20,961 nt of DNA, from NCBI GenBank assembly GCA_030747675.1, contig JASLKH010000024.1, positions 1-20,961 on the forward strand, in the 5' to 3' direction. The position numbers and the translations under genes were made by a program. Source of the DNA: Candidatus Thalassarchaeaceae archaeon (GTDB taxonomy: Archaea; Thermoplasmatota; Poseidoniia; Poseidoniales; Thalassarchaeaceae). The stretch's first letter is position 1. Each line of letters starts with the position of its first letter. Below are positions 7,922 to 16,700 of the stretch, piece after piece. The notes beneath the pieces are model-generated. The model was not told the DNA's origin, searched no databases, and worked only from the letters and a program-made list of their open reading frames with translations.

Positions 7922-8377
7922 ATGGTTAAGAAACGTAGCCTTGCTCGGGGGTTAGATGAGTTGTTAGCCCAACATGATCAGGATTTACCATTTCTTGATG
8001 CATATGGCCCAGTAATTTCAACTGAAGATGAATTAATTGCGCAGAACACCGATGGTTCAGGAGACCAATTACTTGAAGTAATTCTCCGATTATTGCGCTC
8101 GAAAGGTGAAAAAGTTTCAATCGAAGATGGTCTTCAAATTGGAGATTTTTTTTCAGCTAAGAAATCAGAAATCGGCGTCAAATTGATTGTCCAAAGTAAA
8201 CATTCAAGTTTACCTTTGGTCCCATCAGACCTTAATGCTCCCGGATTTGAATATGGTGAGTTATCAAAAGATAGAAACACAGTCAAATTAACAATTGTTC
8301 AATGGGGAATACCAGCTAGAAGATTCATTGAACGACTTTGTGAACATCGGTCTCTAGAGGATGATTCAAGCCAATGA
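7922..8377 (+). CDS. Small ParA-partner candidate with a ParB-like N-terminal peptide
   Basis: It starts 4 nt after the parA stop. The N-terminus MVKKRSLARGLDELL matches the ParB/Spo0J peptide pattern (KKxxLGRGLxALL). No ParB CTPase motif or HTH is evident in the remaining sequence. It overlaps the convergent pepC 3' end by 12 nt. Confidence 0.75.
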   Translation: MVKKRSLARGLDELLAQHDQDLPFLDAYGPVISTEDELIAQNTDGSGDQLLEVILRLLRSKGEKVSIEDGLQIGDFFSAKKSEIGVKLIVQSKHSSLPLVPSDLNAPGFEYGELSKDRNTVKLTIVQWGIPARRFIERLCEHRSLEDDSSQ

Positions 8378-9691
8378 GCCCATTGGATCCCAAGCAGGGA
8401 GGACGACTGGTTCAGAATCAAGTCCTTTTAGCATTTTTTCAGTCAGGTAATTTTTGGGTGCTGCGATTTCAAACATATATTCATCATACCATGAATCATT
8501 CATAGTGTAGTATCCCTTCTGTCCTGAATCATCACCCCATGAATTCTCAACACGCCATCGGCGTGGCTTCCCATCAACAACATCAACCCCTGTAAACAGC
8601 ATAGCATGTGTCATCATAGTTTGCCCATGACGCAAACGGTTTTCTTTGTCCATTCCATATTCAACACCATACAAATCACTCACATTGAACAAATTTGCAT
8701 CCCAATAGCCGCCTTTGCGGTCCATTTCCTTACCTACATCACAACCCATCCATACTGGAACACCATCTTCGAGAAGTCTTTGTGTAATCTTCTTCATTTC
8801 CTTACTTGGAACATTGAGATATACAACAGGGGGGCCCCCTGCAACATTTTGCAGATAGTCAACTGTATAGGTCCTGTAGTACTCATTTCGAGGGTCATTT
8901 ACTATACAGACATAGTTCCTCCAATCCACATCTACATACTCTGCAGCAAATTCTTGGGGTGTCATATCCCCTTTTCGATGGAATCCCCCATCTTTATCCC
9001 TCCATTGCCAATCAAAACTTGTTGGTGGTGTTCCTAAATGAATGCATAACATATCCCATATATCTGCAACACGTTTTTCTTTGTGTTTCCGAGCATCCTC
9101 GACCCTCCCACCTTTTTCGAGAATAGACCGAATTTCGCAGGCTGAACTTCTGAGGATATTCTTTAATTCCATATTCATCCATCGAGTTGCGCTACTAGTA
9201 TTAGATTCAGGATATGCAGATTTAGGCACAAGACCGTGCTTCTCAATTAGATTCATCGCCATGTTCCATTGGCCTCCATCACCAATTGGATCTGAAAGTA
9301 GAAAGTGGATTGTTCGGTCATCTACAGGCCGGTCAGCGGTATCAATAATTGCTTCTAGGAGATGGTTTGAACGTTCGAATTTATCCCAAAAGTGAATGTG
9401 TGCTTGGCTAAATTCAAAATTCTTAACATTCATTTTTTCCATCGCCCCAACTCTGAAAAGATTTAATGCGGCAAAAAGCCAACAACGGCCACTACTTTTT
9501 TGTGAAGTGACTTTCCATTCATCCAGCTTGGTGCTGAATGTGTTTTGTGTATCTTGAATGACATTCCGATTTAGGGCCAAACTGGGTAATTGAACGCTGG
9601 TCACGGCATTTTGTGCTACGATTTTTGAAGGTTTAGAATCAAATGCATTTCGAAGCTCAGTAATTTGCCCATTAGTAATTTCCACATCCAT
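8366..9691 (-). CDS. pepC: Aminopeptidase C / bleomycin hydrolase (peptidase family C1B)
   Basis: Catalytic motifs are QKSSGRCWLFAALN (Gln/Cys), MTHAM (His) and WRVENSWG (Asn), and the C-terminus is WDPMGSLA. ATG 9691 (GGTGA upstream) is preferred; ATG 9739 is the alternative. Confidence 0.92.
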   Translation of the reverse strand: MDVEITNGQITELRNAFDSKPSKIVAQNAVTSVQLPSLALNRNVIQDTQNTFSTKLDEWKVTSQKSSGRCWLFAALNLFRVGAMEKMNVKNFEFSQAHIHFWDKFERSNHLLEAIIDTADRPVDDRTIHFLLSDPIGDGGQWNMAMNLIEKHGLVPKSAYPESNTSSATRWMNMELKNILRSSACEIRSILEKGGRVEDARKHKEKRVADIWDMLCIHLGTPPTSFDWQWRDKDGGFHRKGDMTPQEFAAEYVDVDWRNYVCIVNDPRNEYYRTYTVDYLQNVAGGPPVVYLNVPSKEMKKITQRLLEDGVPVWMGCDVGKEMDRKGGYWDANLFNVSDLYGVEYGMDKENRLRHGQTMMTHAMLFTGVDVVDGKPRRWRVENSWGDDSGQKGYYTMNDSWYDEYMFEIAAPKNYLTEKMLKGLDSEPVVLPAWDPMGSLA

Positions 9692-9731
9692 AGTCTCACC
9701 TTGGTGAGATGTACCTCTCCATCGAAGATGC

Positions 9732-10277
9732 TTAGTCATCTCGCTTTGCAATTAAGGCTGCGGACAATCCAACAATAACAGTGAGCATCAGTGTAGGGGC
9801 CGGCAATCCACTAGATTCTTCAGAGCATTTTTCACCACCAGTTTCATCTCCATCGGTCCAACAATCAGACCAAATTTTTCCACCATTAGTGAATCCGTTT
9901 TCCGGGAATTTCTCAGATTCACCATCGGCATAATTCAAGATAATGTCATAGTTGACGTAAGAGTGATCATCTACAGGAGTAATTGTACCGATCCAATGAC
10001 TATCCGAACTACTATTTTCCATATTCAACACTTCAGGAGGGTTGCAAACACCGGTATTCAAGCACATTTGAACAGTCCATTGAACAGTAGTTCCATTTTC
10101 AGCATGAAGCGTTACTTCTACAGTTACACTCTCTCCATCACTCGATGAATTTGGAGAAGATATTGATGAAATAGGCGTATTTGAAACATCAATTGTTTGG
10201 TTCACTCCTGAATTTCCAGCAGTAGCAAATGGTACTGCCAAAAGTAAAGCAATGCATATTGCAAATATGCGCTTCAT
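9732..10277 (-). CDS. Secreted protein with a C-terminal membrane anchor / sorting-signal-like tail
   Basis: The signal peptide is MKRIFAICIALLLAVPFATA. The acidic mature domain has four Cys. The C-terminus is GLPAPT plus a hydrophobic helix plus KRDD. Confidence 0.72.
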   Translation of the reverse strand: MKRIFAICIALLLAVPFATAGNSGVNQTIDVSNTPISSISSPNSSSDGESVTVEVTLHAENGTTVQWTVQMCLNTGVCNPPEVLNMENSSSDSHWIGTITPVDDHSYVNYDIILNYADGESEKFPENGFTNGGKIWSDCWTDGDETGGEKCSEESSGLPAPTLMLTVIVGLSAALIAKRDD

Positions 10278-10325
10278 AAACCTGTTCAATCTGGTTTAGT
10301 ACAAAATACCTTTTCAGAAAGCCCG

Positions 10326-10853
10326 TCAAATACCCATGTCCCAAAGTTCATCTCCAACATGGTGGAGCATTTTGACAGCTTTCCCTTGTTTTGCATCAAC
10401 CATACTTTTTGAATTCATCATAGCCCAACCAATAGCAATTGGTTTCCTGTGCTCCTGTTCTCGTATCCAAATTAAGTCCCCCTCTTCTATACTGTCACAA
10501 GCAGAATGGATTCCTGCAGCCATACAGTCCGCCCCATTCATTAGAAATGGAATTGCACCTCTATCGACATCACACCATTTTGAGTTAGGTGACCAAGCGA
10601 GAATCCCTCGCAATGTTGGAAAAGCGATCAATTCACCATTTGGAGATTCGACTTCCATTCCAAGCGAAAGTTTGTCCACAATTAGCAAGGACCATGGCCC
10701 GAAAGTTGCCGTTTCTAAGAATGAATCAGAAAGATCAGTTTCAATGTCTAGAGGAACAGTTAACCTTTCGATTAATCCTCTGATTTTTTTATGCCGTACA
10801 GGTTTTCTGCCCTTTAACTTCCAATCCTTCTTAGCCACAAGTTCTCGAATCAT
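10326..10853 (-). CDS. PUA-domain RNA-binding protein (MCT-1/eIF2D-like archaeal family)
   Basis: FPTLRG...VDRGAIPFLMNGADCMAAGI...EEGDLIWI...KPIAIG...GKAVKMLHHVGDELW is the pre-PUA plus PUA pattern. The ATG is at 10853. Confidence 0.85.
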   Translation of the reverse strand: MIRELVAKKDWKLKGRKPVRHKKIRGLIERLTVPLDIETDLSDSFLETATFGPWSLLIVDKLSLGMEVESPNGELIAFPTLRGILAWSPNSKWCDVDRGAIPFLMNGADCMAAGIHSACDSIEEGDLIWIREQEHRKPIAIGWAMMNSKSMVDAKQGKAVKMLHHVGDELWDMGI

Positions 10854-10992
10854 AGCCACCCTTTCAACTATCGTATTTGATTAAACATAAGGATTGAATT
10901 AGAATCAAATCTCCTCCTCGTATTAAATCGAGGTGAAATATTCGTATATTCGCCCCCGCTCATTTGATGTTAAGCAACAGTGTCGGAATACC

Positions 10993-11592
10993 ATGCCGAG
11001 TATTTGGTGTGCCCTTCGAACCTTTGATGCACATGCGAGGGAAATGGGTGGTGCACCATTAGAATCACCGCGTTTTTTCCTCAAACCGTGGGCTGGACTA
11101 GCCCAACCCCCCATAGGCTGTGAATTGGAAATACCCTCTCATCTTGAAGAAGTCCATCATGAAATCGAACTAGTGCTAAAGTTGGATGAAAACAAGAGTC
11201 TTTCTCAAATTGGAGTTGGACTTGATTTGACAGATCGTCAAACCCAAAGTATAGCCAAAACCGAAGGCATGCCTTGGACACAATCAAAAGGATTCGCCAA
11301 TAGTGCAATTGTTGGCAATTTTTCCGAGCCACCAATAGGCCTTGCACATTTACAATTGGAATTAGCCGTTAATGGTGTACAGCGTCAAGATGCCTCTATT
11401 GGCCAAATGAGTTTCGCACCTCTTGATTTGCTTTCGCTACTTTCAGAATGGGCTCCACTAGAATCAGGAGATTTGTTGTTCTGTGGCACCCCTTCTGGTG
11501 TAGGCCCAATGAGGCGTGGCGACCATGTACAAGCACGTTTGTTAAGTGAGGATGGAACCCTCATTTCAGAACTCGATTTTATTCTTGTATAA
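10993..11592 (+). CDS. Fumarylacetoacetate hydrolase family protein
   Basis: Motifs are IWCALRTFDAHAREMG, FFLKP, HHEIEL, GLDLTDR, WTQSKGF and LESGDLLFCGTPSGVG. ATG 10993 is preferred over the GTG at 10933. Confidence 0.88.
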   Translation: MPSIWCALRTFDAHAREMGGAPLESPRFFLKPWAGLAQPPIGCELEIPSHLEEVHHEIELVLKLDENKSLSQIGVGLDLTDRQTQSIAKTEGMPWTQSKGFANSAIVGNFSEPPIGLAHLQLELAVNGVQRQDASIGQMSFAPLDLLSLLSEWAPLESGDLLFCGTPSGVGPMRRGDHVQARLLSEDGTLISELDFILV

Positions 11593-11991
11593 TCAAGGTG
11601 GAACCGACTCATGCATATTTAGAACTGCTCGAGCCTTATCCAAATCATCAACGGAAAATGCTAATTCTGTTGCACCTTGAATACGCGACAACACATAAAT
11701 TGAGGTAATACTGACCCCAGCATCCCCCAATCGTTCCGAGAATTCAGCGAGAGCACCGGGTTTGTCTGGCATGGATTGAGATAATAGGGTAGTTGTTGAA
11801 AATTCAATCCCCAGAGAATTCAATGCGATTCTAGCTTCTGTAGTTTGATCTGTTACGATTACTACATTTGTATCAATGGCACACATTGTTTCAATATTGA
11901 TTCCACAATTTGCGAATTCTCGACTGACCTTAGCCAACTGTCCAGCTTCATCTTGCAACTCTATTTTAAATTCCAAACGTCCCTCATACAT
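11593..11991 (-). CDS. Stand-alone tandem ACT-domain protein
   Basis: It has two ACT repeats, LQDEAGQLAKVSREFANCGINIE and MPDKPGALAEFSERLGDAGVSIT. Confidence 0.85.
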   Translation of the reverse strand: MYEGRLEFKIELQDEAGQLAKVSREFANCGINIETMCAIDTNVVIVTDQTTEARIALNSLGIEFSTTTLLSQSMPDKPGALAEFSERLGDAGVSITSIYVLSRIQGATELAFSVDDLDKARAVLNMHESVPP

Positions 11992-12110
11992 AGGTTATCG
12001 CCAATTCTGGCGCGTCGTATTTTGGCTATTTACCCACCGGATGGTGATCAACCCACCATCGCGGTCTTGAAATAAGGGAAGTAAGTCGGCCGATTCCCAG
12101 AGGGAACATT

Positions 12111-12500
12111 ATGGCACACTGGCACGGTATCTCACGTCGCAAGCCTACAGGGGGGCGCCTCAAGCGTCCAAACCGCTATCGCGGCAAGCGTCGAACGGAG
12201 ATTGCATCTGAAAAGCAATCAACAATGATCGGCGAACCAAATAGAAAATTGTACAGGAAGCGCTCAGGTGCTCAAACAGTACGAGTTCTCTATGAAAACC
12301 AAGTCAATGTTGCAGATAAAAAAACCGGTAAGGTAGTACAAGCAACTCTTCAATCAGTAAGTGAAAACAATGCAGATCCTAACTTTGTTCGGCGTAATAT
12401 TATGACAAAGGGAGCAGTTGTAGAGACAGATATGGGCCAAGTCAGAATTACCAGTCGTCCGGGCAGTCATGGCGTCATTAATGGCGTATTGCTCGAGTGA
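12111..12500 (+). CDS. rps8e: 30S ribosomal protein S8e (eS8)
   Basis: MAHWHGISRRKPTGGR...NPNF-like ADPNFVRRNIMTKGAVVETDMGQVRITSRPGSHGVINGVLL is the eS8 pattern. Confidence 0.95.
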   Translation: MAHWHGISRRKPTGGRLKRPNRYRGKRRTEIASEKQSTMIGEPNRKLYRKRSGAQTVRVLYENQVNVADKKTGKVVQATLQSVSENNADPNFVRRNIMTKGAVVETDMGQVRITSRPGSHGVINGVLLE

Positions 12501-12545
12501 AGGGTTCACATCTGATGACGGAGACGCTCACTCGGAGGTCCCGAG

Positions 12546-12992
12546 ATGGCGAACAACCCAGATAGGCTAATCATATGGCCTGGCTATTTTGATTCTAAGG
12601 CCAGCCGCCGTTCCGGTCGCCGAGTTTCTAAAGATCGAGCAGTTGCTAATCCAACATTAGATGGATTAGCATATGCAGCAAGAAGTGTTGGGATTCGGAA
12701 GATGAAACGCGAAGAAGGAATTTCACACCCATCCCGTCCTAGTGCCAGAGAAGGTAGGTTATGGATTTCAATAGCCGATGCCCTTTCTGCTACAGATTCC
12801 AATTCAAAAGAGGGAGTTCTCAAAATAATAGGAACTGCTTGGAAATCTCAGGATTCAAAATCACGTATTGCTGAAAAAGAAGCCAAGATAAGTGGCCCAA
12901 AAGCAGGAGATAAAAGAGGCCGATCACAAAGAAAATCATTCAAAGCAGCCAAAGGGAGTAAGCCCAGTGAACGCCGTCGCCGTAGAAAATAG
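12546..12992 (+). CDS. srp19: Signal recognition particle protein SRP19 with a basic C-terminal extension
   Basis: IIWPGYFDSKASRRSGRRVSK..AVANPTL, HPSRP..REGR and SKEGVLKII match SRP19. It follows rps8e, and the tail ends ERRRRRK. Confidence 0.88.
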   Translation: MANNPDRLIIWPGYFDSKASRRSGRRVSKDRAVANPTLDGLAYAARSVGIRKMKREEGISHPSRPSAREGRLWISIADALSATDSNSKEGVLKIIGTAWKSQDSKSRIAEKEAKISGPKAGDKRGRSQRKSFKAAKGSKPSERRRRRK

Positions 12993-12999
12993 GACAAGA

Positions 13000-14037
13000 T
13001 CAATCTATCTCGATTTGTGGTATTGGTACAGCTCGAATCCAACCAAATAAATCCGGTTCCACTTGGGTTTGAATTCCAGTCAAAGTATCATACAACTCTC
13101 TAGTAACTGCACCAACTTCATTGTTTGAATACATAGTACAGATGTCACCATGACAGATTGAACCGATGGGTGAAATAACTGCGGCCGTACCTGCACAGAA
13201 ACATTCGTCTGCTCGTAGAACAAATTCAATTTCCACTTTTTCTTCAATTACATCATAACCTTTTGAGCGTGCTAAATCAATGATACTTGATCTAGTGATT
13301 CCAGGTAAGATGGTTCCTGTTAATTCCGGTGTGTGAATTACGCCATCCTTGACACAGAAGAAATTCGCTGCTCCAACTTCTTCGATAAATTTATGTTCAA
13401 CAGCATCAAGATAGATAATTTCAGCAAAACCTTCTTTCTTGGCATTCTTGCTAGGCATCATCCCTGGTGCATAATTTCCAATTGCTTTCACACCACCACT
13501 GCCCCCTGGACAAGCCCGATGATAATTATCTGATACTTTTAGTGAAATGGGATGCATTCCACCTTTGAAATAAGGACCTACTGGACAGACATAAATCATG
13601 AATGTATATTCTGGAGCTGGTGATACACCAAGAATGGCCCCTGTCCCCCACAAGACTGGCCGAATATAGAGGGCCCCTTTTCCAGTTGGTGGAACCCAAC
13701 GAGCATTCGCGGCTACAACTTGTTCAATTGCTTCTAAGAACATCTCTTCAGGTACAGGTGGCATTCCAAGTCTCATTGCACCATCTGCTAAACGGGCAGC
13801 ATTCTTTTCTGGGCGGAAGAGAACAATTCCACCATTGACACTGCGTTGTGCTTTCATCCCCTCGAAGAGCCCTTGGCCATAATTCAGAACACCTGCAGCA
13901 GGTGAAATTGTGATATCACCATAAGGCATCATTTCTCCGTTTTGCCATTCATCTCCGAGTTTACATTTTGCGACATACATTACGTCAGTCGGTGTGAACG
14001 AAAAAGTCAATGAATCCCAATCAATTTGCTCATCCAA
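13000..14037 (-). CDS. ilvE: Branched-chain amino acid aminotransferase (PLP fold type IV)
   Basis: Motifs are LNYGQGLFEGMKA, LFRP, LYIRP, GGVKAIGNYA (PLP lysine), EEVGAANFF, ILPGITRSS and CAGTAAVISP. The TTG start has GGAGG upstream. Confidence 0.93.
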   Translation of the reverse strand: MDEQIDWDSLTFSFTPTDVMYVAKCKLGDEWQNGEMMPYGDITISPAAGVLNYGQGLFEGMKAQRSVNGGIVLFRPEKNAARLADGAMRLGMPPVPEEMFLEAIEQVVAANARWVPPTGKGALYIRPVLWGTGAILGVSPAPEYTFMIYVCPVGPYFKGGMHPISLKVSDNYHRACPGGSGGVKAIGNYAPGMMPSKNAKKEGFAEIIYLDAVEHKFIEEVGAANFFCVKDGVIHTPELTGTILPGITRSSIIDLARSKGYDVIEEKVEIEFVLRADECFCAGTAAVISPIGSICHGDICTMYSNNEVGAVTRELYDTLTGIQTQVEPDLFGWIRAVPIPQIEID

Positions 14038-14183
14038 AACAATTCCTCCACCGAATATGCTCGTCCCGATGTGCCTCCAACGAGAGGGGTGGTTCTCAAC
14101 CCTTGCGCATGGAAACGCTCTGATGTTCGATTTGCAAGATGTTCACCCATATAATTGAAAGACACCCGCTTCAATCAAGGCTT

Positions 14184-16700
14184 ATGGGCGTTGAAGAGGA
14201 TGCCTGTATCGTCGCGGCATCCTACCAGAGTTTTGGTACAGAAACTGTTGTTGAACTCTGGTTACGTGCACGTGAAGGCCACTCAACACTATTGTTGGTT
14301 CATGGTTTACGCCCTTTTCTCGAAATAGCAGTTGCCGGAAAAACAGCAAATTTACCATCGGATATTGAGGAAAAGTTGGAAAAAGTGCGTAGTATTAAAG
14401 GTGTAACTTCAATTCATAACCCCATAGAAAAGTGGACCGATTTGGGTATAAAACCTCATTGGAAAGTTGAGGTTAAGCAGCCTTGGATGATTACGAGTGG
14501 TCCAAAAATTCGTGACTCAATCAAAGCATTAGGTGGTTGGACAGTTACTAGTGCAGATATCATATTCCCCCAACGCTTGTTGTTAGATTTAGACCTCGGT
14601 CCGCACATTAGATGGAAAGGTGAATTGCTACCAAAGGATGGAGATGTTATTCGTGATGCAGGTGGGCGAGGGCAGTACCCCACAGATCGAGTTGCACGTT
14701 GTCATATTGATGACTTACGGGCAACCGAAGCATTTGCTGCACCGTTTGTGACATTTTCATTCGATTTGGAGACTAGTATTGAATCGGGACGAATATTGTG
14801 TGCTGCTGCGGTTGTTGAACAAAACGGGCAAAGTGAAACATATAGATTCCGAGGCGATGAACGTGAGATGTTGGAAGGCTTGACTCGCTTGGTTCGGGAA
14901 AGTGACCCCGACATCATCACGGGATACAATATTGATAATTTCGATTTACCTAAGATCAAAGAACGCATGAAAGCATTAGAATGTTCGAAAGACCAATTGA
15001 CCAAAGCATCACTTGCAGGTTGGGGGCGAATTCCAATCACAGAGGAGGCGTGTAAAGGGGGTGTTCGAGGTGCACCCATTCTGGCTAATCGGCAACAGAA
15101 TCGAAAATGGACACTTTCGGGGCGCTGTGTAATGGATGCATGGTGGGAGGCGCGAATGACATTACGTCCTAAGCGCGAGACTCTCAAGTTCGTCTCTGAA
15201 TTATTGTTCCCTGAGCGAGAAGAGCTTCGGAAGATGGATGTGGATGCTAGTCGTATGGATGAAGAATGGGCCTCACGCCCGGATGTCGTACTCGATTATT
15301 GTGCACAAGATGCACTTCTTCCCATTGAGATCCTGAATGCAATATCTGCGACGGCACGCAAGGAAGCCTTAGCTGCAGTGGGTAAGGTACCTTTGGAGAC
15401 TACAATTATTGGATCAACTAGTCAATGGTTGGATAGTTTGGTTATCCGATTAGCAGATCGTGAGAATATTGCCGTACCAATGACGCGACGTGGGGGGAAA
15501 TCAGATGCTATTACTGGTGGATATGTTCATGATATCGAAGGTGGTCGTTATCCATGGGTTGCAGTACTTGATTTCAAGTCGATGTATCCTTCGATTATGA
15601 TTACAAATAATATTTGTCACACCACTCGGGTTGACAATGTTGATGAATCCACTGAAGTCAATGAATCACCCAGTGGAACGAAATTTTTGAAGAAGGAAAT
15701 TCGAGAAGGTCTTGTACCACGATTGTTACAAGATTTAATGGCTCAACGGGATGAACATAAAAAACAGATGAAATGTGCAGAAGATGAATCAACACGTATG
15801 TTCCACAACCAGATGCAATCTGCAGTCAAAATCCTGATGAATACATTTTACGGAGTCTTCGCATCTGCATTTTATCGGTTTACACATCCAGATATCGGTT
15901 CAGCAATCACAGCTTGGGCTCGGTCGAATATTAAGAAAATAATTCACGCATTGGATCAAGAAGGCCACCCTGTTGTATATTCAGATACTGATTCAGTCTT
16001 TGTTTCTGCACCCGGAGAAGGCAAGGAAGCATTAGTTGAATTCGGTCAGGAATTAGCTAGTCGATTCACAAAGGAAGGCGCTGAATTAGAATTCGAGAAG
16101 GGGCTATCGGTCTTTTTCAGTCATGGTGCCAAAAAACGTTATGTTGGTCGTGTAGTTTGGCCTGAAGAGGATTTGTTAATTCGGGGATATGAGGTACGGA
16201 GAACAGATTCCTTCGAACTATTGAATAGAACTATGATGGGAACCTTTGAACGTATTCTCGATGGTGATGAGGAGGGTGCTTACAAGCATGTCATTGACTT
16301 GATTCGTTCAGTTAAAGCCGGCGAAGTAGGTGTTGAGGATCTTATCATCAGCCGTTCTTGCAAAGGAAAATGGGATTCAAAGAATAATGAATGGGAGTTC
16401 GATAGTGTATATGCTAACCCAGATGGTCTACCGTATGTTAAAGCAGCACGAAAACGCATAGCCCGTGGTCTTCAATTTACACCTGGGATGAAAGTGAGTT
16501 ACATAGTTACTGATGCCAAAAATGGGCAAACAGTTGAACCATGGTTGGTTGCGGAGACAGACGACCCCCCCCCAACGCCTGATTGGGCATTCTACGCTGA
16601 ACGATTAGCAAGAGCTATGGGGAGAATAACTGAAGTGTATGGCTGGAGTAAAGAGGATTTACTCAAAGGAAGTCGCCAATCAACATTATTTTCGTTCTGA
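14184..16700 (+). CDS. polB: Family B DNA polymerase with 3'-5' exonuclease
   Basis: ExoI is FDLET, ExoII GYNIDNFD and ExoIII YCAQDA. Polymerase motifs are DFKSMYPS, KILMNTFYG and YSDTDS. The C-terminus has a PIP-box-like QSTLFSF, and there is no intein-sized insertion. ATG 14184 is preferred over 14139. Confidence 0.95.
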   Translation: MGVEEDACIVAASYQSFGTETVVELWLRAREGHSTLLLVHGLRPFLEIAVAGKTANLPSDIEEKLEKVRSIKGVTSIHNPIEKWTDLGIKPHWKVEVKQPWMITSGPKIRDSIKALGGWTVTSADIIFPQRLLLDLDLGPHIRWKGELLPKDGDVIRDAGGRGQYPTDRVARCHIDDLRATEAFAAPFVTFSFDLETSIESGRILCAAAVVEQNGQSETYRFRGDEREMLEGLTRLVRESDPDIITGYNIDNFDLPKIKERMKALECSKDQLTKASLAGWGRIPITEEACKGGVRGAPILANRQQNRKWTLSGRCVMDAWWEARMTLRPKRETLKFVSELLFPEREELRKMDVDASRMDEEWASRPDVVLDYCAQDALLPIEILNAISATARKEALAAVGKVPLETTIIGSTSQWLDSLVIRLADRENIAVPMTRRGGKSDAITGGYVHDIEGGRYPWVAVLDFKSMYPSIMITNNICHTTRVDNVDESTEVNESPSGTKFLKKEIREGLVPRLLQDLMAQRDEHKKQMKCAEDESTRMFHNQMQSAVKILMNTFYGVFASAFYRFTHPDIGSAITAWARSNIKKIIHALDQEGHPVVYSDTDSVFVSAPGEGKEALVEFGQELASRFTKEGAELEFEKGLSVFFSHGAKKRYVGRVVWPEEDLLIRGYEVRRTDSFELLNRTMMGTFERILDGDEEGAYKHVIDLIRSVKAGEVGVEDLIISRSCKGKWDSKNNEWEFDSVYANPDGLPYVKAARKRIARGLQFTPGMKVSYIVTDAKNGQTVEPWLVAETDDPPPTPDWAFYAERLARAMGRITEVYGWSKEDLLKGSRQSTLFSF

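Noticed and set aside
12501-12545. SRP RNA gene, SRP-helix mimic or C/D-box K-turn (CTGATGA) between rps8e and srp19
   Set aside because: The gap is only 45 nt, the GGAG loop lacks a supporting stem, and no partner box with flanking helices is evident.
14184-16700. Intein or inactivated polymerase
   Set aside because: The length is normal, motif spacing is continuous, and all exonuclease and polymerase acidic residues are intact.
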